Assembly: GCF_964355755.1 (NCBI RefSeq)
Contig: NC_092677.1
Coordinates: forward strand, 19,366,101 to 19,430,100
DNA: 64,000 bases
Source of the DNA: Antedon mediterranea
Lineage: Eukaryota; Animalia; Echinodermata
Reading direction: 5' to 3'
The position numbers and the translations under genes were made by a program. The notes under the pieces are model-generated. The model searched no databases and was not told where the DNA came from. It was given only the letters and a program-made list of their open reading frames with translations. Shown in pieces: positions 48,717 through 61,768 of this stretch. Every line of letters starts with the position of its first letter. Positions within the stretch are counted from its first letter, which is position 1.

Positions 48717-51700
48717 TACTATTAGGAGAACCTATTGTTCTTTGTTGTTTTGATTTGATTTCGTTCATTATAAATTGTTATCCACAGCCTTGCGTTTATA
48801 TTATATGTAATTGTTTTTATCAATTTAAATAAAGTTATTAATTATTATTAAATTTATAAAACCTTAGTATATCTTCCGTAGATTGAAACAAGTTAAATAT
48901 TCCCTACACATCAAGTGAAATCGCCCAAATATGATAGGCGCGCATACGCGACAACCAAGTTGCTTGGACTCGCTCACTATAGTGGAGGGTATTTTAAATG
49001 TATATTATAGTAAACATTTAATTCATATTTTATCTTGTCGAATAGCAACGTTAAATAAATAAACAAAATTATGTACTAATATTACACATTATTTTGTGTA
49101 ATATGTTTTTTATTATAACTGAAATGAACCAAATACAATTCTTTTTTTTCCCACAGTAACAAATAGAATAGTCAAAAACGACGAATTTGTTTTTATTCTG
49201 AAAGTGGTTGTAAACTATGGACTTTTATCCCTATTTCTTGTGACAATAATTAAATAACTTTTTATTTTTCTGTGTCATATAGAAGCAATAACCAAATAGC
49301 AAACACATAATGTAAAATTTAAAGATTTTATGGTAACTAATTGCTAATTATTTGCAAAATACTACACCAGTATAAGGTCTAGTACACTACGTAACAAGAC
49401 ACGGCGTATCTTCTACGATGTTACGCTGTAACCTGCCTAGTGGAAAATGTTTTGCAATTTTGCTCATTAATTTGTTAAATATTAATCAATTATAGACATA
49501 TCTGTTCATTAGGTATACATTATGAAGCTGCTATGAGATAAACAACATTCCTACCACATTAAAACAAATATCAACTATATAGTATCAACAAACTACCAAC
49601 GTAACCGTGTCTCATTGTGTATACGACACCCAGTTTTTGACTATGATGTTGACGTTAGAGTACGAAGATAGTTTTGGCGTTTAATTTTCTTGTATTTTTC
49701 ATTATAACCCACTATTTTCTAAATTCTAAAAACTAACAAAATAAAAATACACAAAACTTACATGCAATGAAGCGCGTAGAAGTTATTTACAACGTAACAG
49801 TTGAAACAACGTAACAGAGGGACACGAAAAGTCTCTACCGCTGTAACTTGAAATTAGCGCGGATCCTAGCGATGATTTTTTCGCCGAGACTTTAGTTCGC
49901 CTGCTTCTTGAATCACGTGACCTTCAACTTCAGAAATAGCTCTCGCGGCGTTCACCCCCGATGGTCTATGAATAACTACGTAACGAATATACGAGACACG
50001 AAATGTTCTAAAAAAATAGTTTTTCGTCTGTAATTGACTAAATAAAATCGCCATTTTGTAGAACATTGTGTAAGGTAAATTTCAGTGATCTGTTGTAGTG
50101 AATGTAATTCGATTTTCGTCATTATAGTGGTACTTCTTGTGTCTGTTCACTAATAAAGATCGTACTAACAACGTAACAAAGTGAGACACGAAATGTTACG
50201 TTGTGATGCTGGACGTCGCAGACCGTTGTGTGGAAAACAAAAAATCGTGGGAAATTGTAATTAGCTTATATTTAACGTCGCTTTGTACTCTATTGTGATG
50301 ATAAATAAATACAAAATAACTATTGCTGTAGTATATTTTTTAAACTCTGATATGTCAGTGTATTTAAATGTCACACATATTTTAATAAAATGAGCTAGAC
50401 ACCACGATATATTTTTTTTTTCCAACATGTAATAGTATTAACCCATATTATTGTTCTATCATATGATAAAATCATTTTTTAAATAACTATTACCAATTTA
50501 GAGTAAACAGCAAACTAACTATCACCAATACTAAAATACCCACTGGCCCCTTTATTTATGGAAACACCCATATAGGCCTAGGCTATAATAATTTATTTAT
50601 ATATTATTATTTACTAGGCATATTTTACACCACCAGGTCTAAAGCATTGTAGTTTTAAAAACAAAATATATAATTGCTTATTATTTAAAAATAATTTTAA
50701 AATATCATTCACATTTGCATCCTGCCTTTAGAAATGGCCGAACGACAGAGAAAGTACCTAGAAAAACTGAAAGCCGAGGGAAAATACACTTCATACAGAA
50801 ACAAACAAAATGAAATTTCGAAAAGAAGTAAAAAAGTAAAAGAAAAGAGAAAATTCTAGCTCTGCCACCAGCTTTGAAGAAGCAGAAGATTGATGCTCTT
50901 AAAGTTGCTAATAGAAAACGTGTGGCTATTAATTCAGAGCAAAGAAGGCTGCTTTGGCATCAGACGGGCCATCACCTTTTAGAAGTGCTATGGCTTTGCT
51001 AAAGCCACTACCAGGGCAAAAAGAATGCTTGATGCTGGTTGGCGAAGAACTTTGAGTTCCATAATTTGTAAAATGGCTGTTTGAATTTTCTATTTTCATT
51101 TTTAGTGACCGTATAAGTGTTCTGTTACTGTGTTTGTAAAAAATCAAGATATTCTGTTAGTGTTAAAAATAGATGATGTCCTTTAGAACTTCATCCAAAT
51201 GAGTTGAAATAAAAGTTTTTACTTGAAAATTGATATAACATTCTTTGAGTGGTTTAATGTTGCATTATTTAATTATTGTCTACTTTTCTTTCTGCTTTGC
51301 TTAGTAAATACTAAGTTCATTTCTTACGGTAATGCGAGTGACAGTAATGCGAGTGACGGGACTTTTTTGTTAAAATGTAAAATATTTTTAAAATCTATGT
51401 AATGTTGAATTTTTTTATTATCCTATTTTATACTTTAAAAGTACAGCAATTAAAAATATAAGATCTTTTGATTCATATATTTTTAGATTAAGGACACGTT
51501 CTTATCAAATCTAATCAAATTTTTGTTGTGTCCTTTTTGTGTAATGCGTGTGACAGAATTTCGCAATGGCGTCATTGTCGAAGTAAAAGACATACAATTT
51601 TTTTTATAGTATTTTATTAAAGACTTGCACCTAAAGTATGTTCATATAAAACATTGACTTAAAAATCCAATTAGTATAGAAAGTACAAAGCTTAGACTAA

Positions 51701-51796
51701 CAAAAATGACTGTAATGTGTAATGCGAGTGACCATGGAATTGCCCATATACACTAAATTGTTTTTGATATTTGATTAATAATTAATATTATAAAGT

Positions 51797-52762
51797 ATGG
51801 TCGACGTTGTTGATAACGAAGTAATTTTAAATGAGCCCGTCAATCCTCACCCCGTGCCCTACCTAAGACAAACCGATTTCCTTCCCAAAAGATATGACGG
51901 TTCCATAACCGATCACGACCAATGTAGTGCACACTACTTATCGTTTACCGACTACCTTGAGGCCCACACTTTAGAAAACCCTGTAAACAATGCCCAATTA
52001 ATTAATGTACCGGTAATAAGTTTTTTCAAACGTAGCCTTCAGGGCCAAGCTAGACTCTGGATTGAGGGAAAGCAGTTCGATTCACTGGAATCCTTAAAAA
52101 CCCAATTCATCAACAGGTTTAGTAAAAACAAATCAATCTATGCGCACATAAGAGAATACGATTCAATTACTTGCACCACTGGCGACAACGCCGAAAAACA
52201 CTTAACCAAAATCAAACGAGCCGCATACAGAATTGGATACGCTGACCAGCAGATAAAGAATAAATTTATTTCGACCCTTCCACCAAAATGTAGAGCAGCT
52301 GTAGCCATGTCCACCCCAATCGATGCCACTATTGACAATATCGTAAATAGCACACAAAATTACCTTGACCTTTCCGGAGATGATTCCACACGGGAAGTTT
52401 CATTCAACGTCAATAAGGAAACAGATAATAGTCTCGAATCGCTCCAACATGAGATAAATTCTCTTAAGTTAGATATAGCCACAACAAAACGATCCCTTAA
52501 TGATGATACTCGACGCTCACGTTCCCCCACCCGAAATTATATCCCAAGACGAAACCGAAGCCCAAGCCCCTACAAACCCCGATTCCAGACCCCACCGACC
52601 CCAAGATATAGACAACCTCCCCCAACCTGTTATTACTGCGGGAAACCAGGCCACATAGCAAGGCACTGCCGACAACAAAACCGTTCTTACGGAAACTATC
52701 CCCCGCCATACCCATACCAACAGTCAAACAATTACTACCCTAGCCACCAGCAGGATTTTTAA
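51797..52762 (+). CDS. gag: Gypsy Gag (321 aa, intact ORF)
   Basis: FKRSLQGQARLW capsid-like region and CYYCGKPGHIARHC zinc knuckle. Confidence 0.93.
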   Translation: MVDVVDNEVILNEPVNPHPVPYLRQTDFLPKRYDGSITDHDQCSAHYLSFTDYLEAHTLENPVNNAQLINVPVISFFKRSLQGQARLWIEGKQFDSLESLKTQFINRFSKNKSIYAHIREYDSITCTTGDNAEKHLTKIKRAAYRIGYADQQIKNKFISTLPPKCRAAVAMSTPIDATIDNIVNSTQNYLDLSGDDSTREVSFNVNKETDNSLESLQHEINSLKLDIATTKRSLNDDTRRSRSPTRNYIPRRNRSPSPYKPRFQTPPTPRYRQPPPTCYYCGKPGHIARHCRQQNRSYGNYPPPYPYQQSNNYYPSHQQDF

Positions 52763-52786
52763 AAAGGGGAGTAGATGCCGCCTATA

Positions 52787-54528
52787 TAGGTATGTCAAGA
52801 AAAATTTCAAATTTATTTGATTTTAACCAAACTATTTTTTTATTATTAATTCTATTTAAAAAATGGAATTCAACAAAGTTTAAATGAACAAAATCAGTCA
52901 ACTATTTTTTTTTATACGATTTCTTTTAATAATCAAATTCGGTGATAAAATTGTATATACAAAATATACAACATTTTGTGACCTTTCTTTTACTTCTGAA
53001 AATATAAAGTCATAACTTTTTTGTTTGTAATTCTTTTTTAATTCTTTTTTCACACCAGTTGAATATCAAACTGATAACATCAAACACAATACATTCATCT
53101 GTATATCAAGATGATTTAGAAAAAAAAATGTATTTAAACTTTACCCCCTCCCCAATAATAGAAATACTGGAACCATAAACATAGCATATTTTAACACATA
53201 AAATCATTTGAAATTTGTTATTCACACAGGTTGAATGACAAGATCATGTATCTACACTGTACATTAAGATGAATTAAAAATAAATTATATTTAAACGTTA
53301 CCCCCCTCCCGCAAAATAGATACGGTATTTGAACCATAAACATAGCATATTTTAACACATAAAAATCATTTGAATTTTTTTTCACACAGGTTAATTGGCA
53401 AGATCATGTAACTATACTGTACATCAAGATGAATTAGAAATAAATGATTTAAAACTTTATCCCCCTCCCAGAAGATACAGGAAACAATTATATACAGTAC
53501 TGCTTATTGTGTTAATAAATCGCCTTTCACTTTTACTGGTAGCATTCTCTTCTCTTTTTTATGTGTTCCTGACATTTCTATAAAAAAATAAAATATAATC
53601 ATAACTATACATTTTTCAAAACATACAAAATCAATTTAAATAAAATTCTATATTACTTTCAATTAATAGAATGGTCTTACCAGACAAATGGTTGAAATAA
53701 TAGTTGGATTTCTTGATTCTTGAAATTAAAGTCTGATATCTACTGTAAATAAAGCAAAATAAAAAGTTAAAATAAAACAAAAGATGATTATTCCTTATAC
53801 TATTGAAATCATCCAATGGCAGACCACCATTATGGTCACGTGGCATATATCAGCCAATGACAGAATAGTACACCGCCATATGCAATTTCTAAAACCACAC
53901 CAGTTATTTCAAATGGTGTTAAAATCATAAATTATCTAATTAATTACATTGGAATCTAAACAAATATCGTATAAAATAATAATAATTAATATTTATATTT
54001 GACATTTTAGTCACAAATCTGGCTACAGTACGTCGATTTCATAAAAAATATGGCATTTTTAATCTGCTTTAACATGCACTATTCATTGAATATAGTGTAT
54101 TGAACAACATCCATTCTCAACCCCCAGCTCTGAAGTTGGGTTATTTGTTGTGGGCTAAACTGTGATTGATTAACGATCAATTTTCTTCAAACTTAGTAGG
54201 AACACTGTTTATATTATAAAGAAAAATACAGGATATTTTTTGAAAAAGACAATACTTACAAAATGTGTAAAATTAATGCGTTTTTCCAATGCTAAAATTA
54301 ACTTGTGTACCACGTCGCGATCGCTTTTCTAAAAATGTTGTTTTTTTGACAAAAATAAACTTTGACCTGTTCACTATATGTAAACAAGTTCAAAGGTTAG
54401 TGAAATTCAGCCAATAAGCATTTTAAATTAATTTTTTAAATCAAGCACCTATATGAAGACGGAAAAAACAGGAACGAGTTTCCCGACGAAACCCACAGTG
54501 TGTGACGTCACGTATCTTGACATACCTA
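52787..54528. mobile_element. Non-autonomous hAT-like element with 7-bp TSD at the gag-pol junction
   Basis: TIR taggtatgtcaaga / tcttgacataccta; TSD gcctata (52780-52786, 54529-54535). Confidence 0.85.
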
Positions 54529-57500
54529 GCCTATAATCTGGCCCCCCCATACTAAATACGACAATTTTAAGGCAAAATACTTAGGGAATTCAGATAATAT
54601 TGATTTGTTACTTAACGACAGAAATTACGTTAAAGGAAATTTACCAGATGGTAGAAATGTTTTAACTTTATTTGACAGTGGTTCAACTAGAACTATAATC
54701 TCACAATCGTACGTTAATTCCTCACTTTATTTATCGCGTCTAAAGCCAATTAAAGTGAACACAACTAAATTTCGATTAGGCAACGGTGACTTCTTATACG
54801 CCAACCACTTAGTGCAATTCGAATTATTTATCCAAGGACACAAATTTAAAATTTCAGCGTTAATCGTTAAAAATTTGACAGGTATTGACCTGATACTTGG
54901 AACCGAAACATTGTCTGAACTCGACGGTACTTTAAATTTTAAGGAAAACACCTTTCGCATTAGACCAAAGATTTTTAGCTTTTGTCCAGTCCAAAAGATT
55001 TTTCTTAAACCCGGTGATACTAAAACAGTTAAATTAAAAGGAAGGGTTCCCGCCTTTGTACGCAATTCTGATGTTGTTCTACATGCAACCACCTATATTT
55101 CAAAACTTTGTCCATCAGATATGTTAGTAAAATTACACAGAGGAGAAACCAACATTGATATCACTAACAACACAAACAGAAACGTATCCCTTAATACACA
55201 TCAACCTATCGCGAGCCTTCACTTAACCAACCTTGTAACAGTTACTAACGACCTACCAATTGATAGAATAAAGTTGACCAATGACAACGCAAATAAGTAC
55301 CCACATTTAGAACGTACAGACCCATTGCTATCTTTAACCGAGGAAGAAATAATTAGAAAACAAGTTGATTTAACAGACAGCGTTTTAACACATAGAGAAA
55401 AAGAAGATTTGTATAAAACATTACAACAAAACAGAAACGCATTTTCACTATATGGTGAACTATCTAGCTGCCCAAACTTCAAAGCTGACATACACCTCTC
55501 TAACGATGAACCATTTTTTATTCGACCATACTTCGCGACAGACAAAGACAAACATGTTATTGAGGCCGAATTGAACAAATTAGTCAAACTAGGAATCTTA
55601 GCAGTAGGACACCAATCGTATACTTCCCCTGTCCTTCTTGTTTCAAAGAAAAATTCAAAAGATAAAAGAGTTGTCACAGACTTTCGCTATCTAAATTCCA
55701 GGATAAAACGTATTAATCACCCATTCCCATTATTATTAAAACAATAGGTAACGCTAATGCACAGAATCTTAGCGTAATTGATTTGAAATCAGCGTTTCAC
55801 TGTGTACCATTAGCCGAACATGCCCAACAATATACAGGTATAGCTTCATATCATGGTGGAAAACATTATTATTATAAGAGATTAGCACAAGGATTAAACG
55901 TTTCGCCAGGTATATTTCAAGCAAAGATTGACGAAATTTTAAATGAAATCCCAAATTCTAGAGAATTCTGTATCGCCCATCATGATGATATTATTTTATT
56001 TAGCCAAGACAAATTTGCTCATAAGCAGCACCTTGTTTCCGTTTTACAAGCCCTACAATTAAATGGTTTTAGAATTTGTCCAAAGAAATGTAAGTTATTC
56101 AAGAATAAAGTGCAATATATGGGACACACCATCCTGATTAATTCTTCAGGACACGCATGTATCACACCTTTAGGCGACAGGTGTGCAGCTATCCGAAATT
56201 TGCCAGTCCCACGAACCCATAAAGAAACTAAACGATTTATTGGTGCAGTAAATTATGTATCCCATTTTTTCCCTCAAATACAATCAATTTTACGTCCGTT
56301 ACACACACTCGCAAGTAAACGCCGAAAATTTGTTTGGTCTACTGACCACCAGAAAGCATTTGACGAAATTAAACAATTAATGGTTAAACCACCAACTCTT
56401 CAAATGCCTAGAAAAGAAGGTAGATTTACGCTATATAGCGACACTTCAAGAACCGCAACAGGTTCATATTTAACACAAACAGTAAACGGTAAAGAACACA
56501 TAATAGGTTATTATTCCAAAATCTTACCACAAGCCTGTCAACGATATAGCGTCACAGAATTAGAGTTATTTGGACTTTACATTAACGTTTCAGCATTTCG
56601 ACATTTACTAAAGGGTTGCGAATTTGATGCATTCGTAGACCACTCAGCAATTGTACAAATTTGGAATTCAAAAGATCAGCCATGTACACCCCGTTTACAG
56701 AAACTAATATTACGATTGTCCGGATACATTTTCCAAATTGGTTATAAGAAAGGAACTGAATTAGTTTGAGCAGATTTCCTCTCCCGAGCCCCTCGTGATG
56801 ACGATTCCGAAATTGATCAAGTTGTACCCATTGCATTTAATATTACAGAGACTGAATCTCTTAACCCGATTACAAACACATCTACTAGCAGACCAGTAAC
56901 AAGGTCATACGCCAAGAAAATGGGAATAAATATACCTGACCTACATAAACCCAAACCCAAACAAACGCCTGTCATTAATCAAAACCCAGTGACAACAAAC
57001 ACGCGACCTACACTTCAACCTACCGCTACACCACAAATAATCACGAGACAACAAACAAACGCACATCGATCACCGCCCATCACAACGCCACCCATCGTAA
57101 CGCCACCCCCAATACGTAATGTAAACATTCGACAACCTCCAGAGGAACGACTAGTAGACAAAAACAAGCAAAGCAAAGATACTACACATCGAAACGTACC
57201 AGTTGAATTGTATACATCGCCCAAACCACTAGTACCAAACATAACTGAATTTAAGTCAGCACACATCCCAAAACAACGAGACTTAGATAGATTAATGGAT
57301 GTTATTCAAAGAAAGATAATTAGAGATTATAACCTCCCAGTAGATGTTAAACAATTACGTGTTGAACAAGAAACTTCACCATTTTTTAAGCCAGTTTACG
57401 ATTATTTAGCTCATGATATCCTTCCAGCTGATAAGAAAGCAGCTCGTGCAGTTCAGAATAAGTCAGAGCAGTACATATTGTGCAACGGTTTACTATTCCG

Positions 57501-57632
57501 TTTATTCTTCCAAGATAAAGGTGGAGAATTTGTATTGCAATTAGCTGTTCCTGAAAACAGAGACCGTTATTTCTCAGTATCACGACAATTTGTTAAGTAG
57601 CCACCAAGGTACGATGCGTACTTACCTTACTA

Positions 57633-58395
57633 CCGTATTTTCCGGAGTATAGGTCGAGACTTTGTGGGAAAATTTTAATTGCAAAATCGGGGTGTCGACT
57701 TATACTCCGACCATGCGATTTTTGAAAAAAATCAGGCCGAAAAAATATGTTCAAAAGCCGTCAGCTGTCAAGGCCCAGCAAGGTCAGTGGCCTATCATCA
57801 ATCACTCACAGAAGTTTTCAATATATCACAATGACTCATTTTGATGTTAATATTACGCTTTTTTAATTAAGATAATTAAGAATAAATAGTTTTCTTTATG
57901 CTTCTAACTAATCTTATTCACTCTCGCGAAAACATCGTAACACACACCACAGACGTCGGAATGTCCATGCAGCATGTTTGTTATTGCGCGATATTTTCAT
58001 CTACATTTACAGATAACGCGATTTACAACTACTCGCCTGTACAATTAATAAGCCTCCTAACGGAAAACTCGTTTTAATTTATTCGAGTGACGCGAAAAAC
58101 ATCGCTGATGGCAAATAACGCTACATCGCTGTCATTTATTATAGGCTGGTGAAGATGGCGGCGAAGTCGTCGTCATTACGTCCGTCCGATATTGATTAGG
58201 CCTACACTTTAATAATATAAACAAATAACCACATTTCATACATTTCTAGCCCTCTTTGAACTTTAAAGTAAGTTGTGTTATTAGCCGATTTTGGGGGTCG
58301 ACTTATATTCAGGTCATACCAAAATCAACAATATTCTAGGCCAAAGTTGGGGGTCGACTTATACTTGGGGTCGACCTATACTCCGGAAAATACGG
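57633..58395. mobile_element. MITE family D copy 2, inserted in integrase zinc finger
   Basis: TA-flanked TIRs; splits HQGTMRTYLT|IRKLFYMP. Confidence 0.95.
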
Positions 58396-59888
58396 TATTA
58401 GGAAATTATTTTACATGCCTCTTATGTTCGAGAAAGTCAACAATTATACCCAAGCGTGTCTTAGATGTCAACAATTTCGTCCTTTACACGATCGAGTACC
58501 AGCAACTTACCGTCCCTTTCATACACTCAGTCTAGATTTTAAGAGTATGCCAACATCACCTTCAGGTTTTAAACATATTATGGTAGTATGTGATGAGATA
58601 ACTAGATTTTTGATTTGTGTACCTTTGAAATCCATTGATGCCGAAACAATTTGTGAAGCACTAATTCAAAAGGTCATCAGTATTTTTGGACCCCCATCTC
58701 GTCTTATTTCAGATGCAGCAACCTCCCTTACAGGAAAATTATTAACACTATTATGTAACACCCTTAATATTGATAGGAAAATCATCAGCGTCCACAATCA
58801 CGGTAGTTTACAAGTTGAACGTCATATCCGCACCGTATCGGACCTGTTAAAGGTCAACCTTAACCAATTCGGAACAGATTGGGTTAGATTTGTATCAACA
58901 ACATGTTATGCTTATAACTCGTTTTCATCCCCACATCTAGGAAACCACTCCCCTTACGAATTATTTTTTGGCCGCCAACCTCCAAGTTTGACCTCTTTAG
59001 CATTTAACCCTATTTCAGGATTGTCTCATTCCTATGAAGAATACTTTGAACATCTCAAGAAGAAATTTCAAAACATTTCACAGACAATGCTACAATTACA
59101 GCGAACACAACAAAACGTCCAAAACTCAAAGATTTCCCAACGCTTAGAAAAAAGTCCAATTTACTCAGTAGGACAACTCGTATATTTATACAAGCCAACA
59201 TCATCATCACTAACGGCAAATTCAAAGAAAATCGCCGCAGAATGGGTCGGACCATTAGTGATTCATGAAGTACTAGACAGAACACACTACATCCTAGCGA
59301 CGATTAAAGGAGAAATACTTCGCGACGTATTCAATTATAACAGACTGAAACCTTGTTTTATGAGAACGCCTAAAGAACGCAAACATTTTACACATCTACA
59401 AAAACTTAAACAATTGTTGAATGAACCAACTGATGATAATAACGATAAAATCCAAAACACCATTAATGTAGTAAATGACGAAACCAATGTTGAATTTGTA
59501 GACGAACATGATAGGACACCCACCCAATTGCAATCAGATACCTTTACACATCCAACTAAAGTAGAACCCCCTTAACTTGCAACCTTACATTGACTGTGTA
59601 GAGAATAACATGGGATTAGCAGCCCCATTCCAAATGAAAGAGGAACAAATTAAGGAACAAACTAATCTAATTATGACAGCACCTAATGATTCAAATATGA
59701 CATTAAACCGAGGTAGATTTAAAGCAGGACATTTCCAAGTTTTAGTTTCATATTCTAAACCGACTTCAGCCAAAAGCAACACCGATAAAACAAAACACGA
59801 ATCTAATGATCGCAAATTTTTGTGGAATATTGACAGATATAACGATACAGATAAATTGATTAAAGAGATCATTAATGATAAACAGATA

Positions 59889-61768
59889 CAGTCAACTCTC
59901 CCAATACCGGACACCCTTGGGCGGGCATATATTTTCCGGTTTTTCGAAAGTCCGGTTTTCTGAAAACATATTTTTAAAGTCATCACGTTGTCACTGAAAA
60001 TGCTTTGAATCACCGGTCGGAATGCTGCCCGGTGCGGTCTAGCGTAGGGAAGGCCTAGGCTATGATTGTGTCAAGCTAGTTTTAATTAAATAAATACTGA
60101 TTGATAGGCCTAGGCTAGGCCTACTTTATTAATATTAAGCTGATTCAATTTACCTTTTTTAAAAGTTACATTATTTACTGTACCAATAAAACATGTTACA
60201 ATAGTAAATTATTGTTTCTCAATGTGTTTTTAACGGCAAAAAAGGCCTACGTACGTACGGTGAACATAATTTCGGTATGTTTATTGTTTTTTTTTCGTGA
60301 GTTAGCTAGCAGCAGCTCAGCAGCATGGGTGATAAAAATAGCAAAGCGGGGCTTTGATTGATGCGCATGTGCAGAGGTGTCATAATCAAATAAAAATGCC
60401 CACACCTGGACCGCATGTTTTTTAAGCTCCTTTATTTTGACGTAATTTGATAGCAATGATGAAAATTGATTAGGTAAACGAGCCAAGCAATAACGACACA
60501 ATAATTAATTGGTAACATTTCAAAGTTAATTAACACTAGTTAAGTCAAGTTCATTCCGTTTACGTTTACGTTTGGTTACGGTGCGGTCTAGCGTAGGGAA
60601 GGCCTAGGCTATGATTGTGTCAAGCTAGTTTTAATTAAATAAATACTGATAGGCCTAGGCTAGGCCTACTTTATTAATATTAAGCTGATTCAATTTACCT
60701 TTTTTAAAAGTTACATTATTTACTGTACCAATAAAACATGTTACAATAGTAAATTATTGTTTCTCAATGTGTTTTTAACGGCAAAAAGGCCTACGTATGT
60801 ACGGTGAACATAATTTCGGTCTGTTTATTGTTTTTTTTTCGTGAGCTAGCTAGCAGCAGCTCAGCAGCATGGGTGATAAAAATAGCAAAGCGGGGCTTTG
60901 ATTGATGCGCATGTGCAGAGGTGTCATAATCAAATAAAAACGCCCACACCTGGACCGCATGTTTTTTAAGCTCCTTTATTTTGACGTAATTTGATAGCAA
61001 TGATGAAAATTGATTAGGTAAACGAGCCAAGCAATAACGACACAATAATTAATTGGTAACATTTCAAAGTTGATTAACACTAGTTAAGTCAAGTTCATTC
61101 CGTTTACGTTTTGCCATAATGATTTCCAAATTTATAATGATGCACATTTTTAGTGAAACATTCCTTTTTAAAGTCCTATTGAAATTGTGAATTTAACAAT
61201 AATTTAAACAAAACAAAGACACAAAGTGGAATGTAAATTGAACTTGAACAATTCATATGCTAAAAAACAGGGAGTTGTTAACAACTCCCTGCTAAAAACA
61301 ATAGACATTAAGACATAGCGCTTCGATGTGAAAAAGCCCTAGCCCACCGCAGTTCGATACGGAACAAAGCAATTGCCGCCTCGTGGGTTAACAATGAACT
61401 GACCTGTCAATCACAGTGTAGCGCTCCATGGCAACATTATTTGATCGTACCGCGAAACGTCGCGTACTTCATGGTCAGGGTATGGGTAAAAGCTTTTGTA
61501 TATTGTGAATGTATTGAATCCGAGTCAGCGACGACTATGTTACGTTGTTTTCGTAAATATTTGGAGTTTTTTAACTGTCCGTCCGGTTTTCAGACGCTAA
61601 TTTTCGTGTTTTGTACTTCATAATTTGTCCGGATTCCGGAATTGGGTATTCCGGTTTACATAATAAATTACAGTACATTTAGAATAGGGACAAATTGGGC
61701 CCTCCAAAAAAGTCCAGTTTTTCGTGAATTCCGGTTTTGGGAGAGTCCGGTATTGGGAGAGTTGACTG
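59889..61768. mobile_element. pogo/Tigger-like non-autonomous element with internal ~545-bp tandem duplication
   Basis: TA|cagtcaactctcccaataccggac ... gtccggtattgggagagttgactg|TA; ~60030-60570 repeated at ~60580-61110. Confidence 0.92.

Larger units (their letters stand above)
44589..50569. mobile_element. Second Sola-like element nested in the first
   Basis: ATAT|gggtgtttccataaataaaggggcca ... tggcccctttatttatggaaacaccc|ATAT; gtaacggagacac repeats. Confidence 0.85.
43590..51745 (+). mobile_element. Sola-like DNA transposon (GGG termini, ATAT TSD) in the Gypsy 5' UTR
   Basis: ATAT|gggcaattccatg ... catggaattgccc|ATAT; gtaatgcgagtgac subterminal repeats; frameshifted ORF remnant at ~50733-51010 (MAERQRKYLEKLKAEGKY...SPFRSA). 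Confidence 0.85.

Noticed and set aside
52138-60013. Antisense ORFs overlapping gag/pol
   Set aside because: Shadow ORFs on the opposite strand of coding sequence
60247-61045. Duplicated 84-aa ORFs (MCRYCLARLP...)
   Set aside because: Result of an internal tandem duplication in a non-autonomous element; non-ATG starts, no domain
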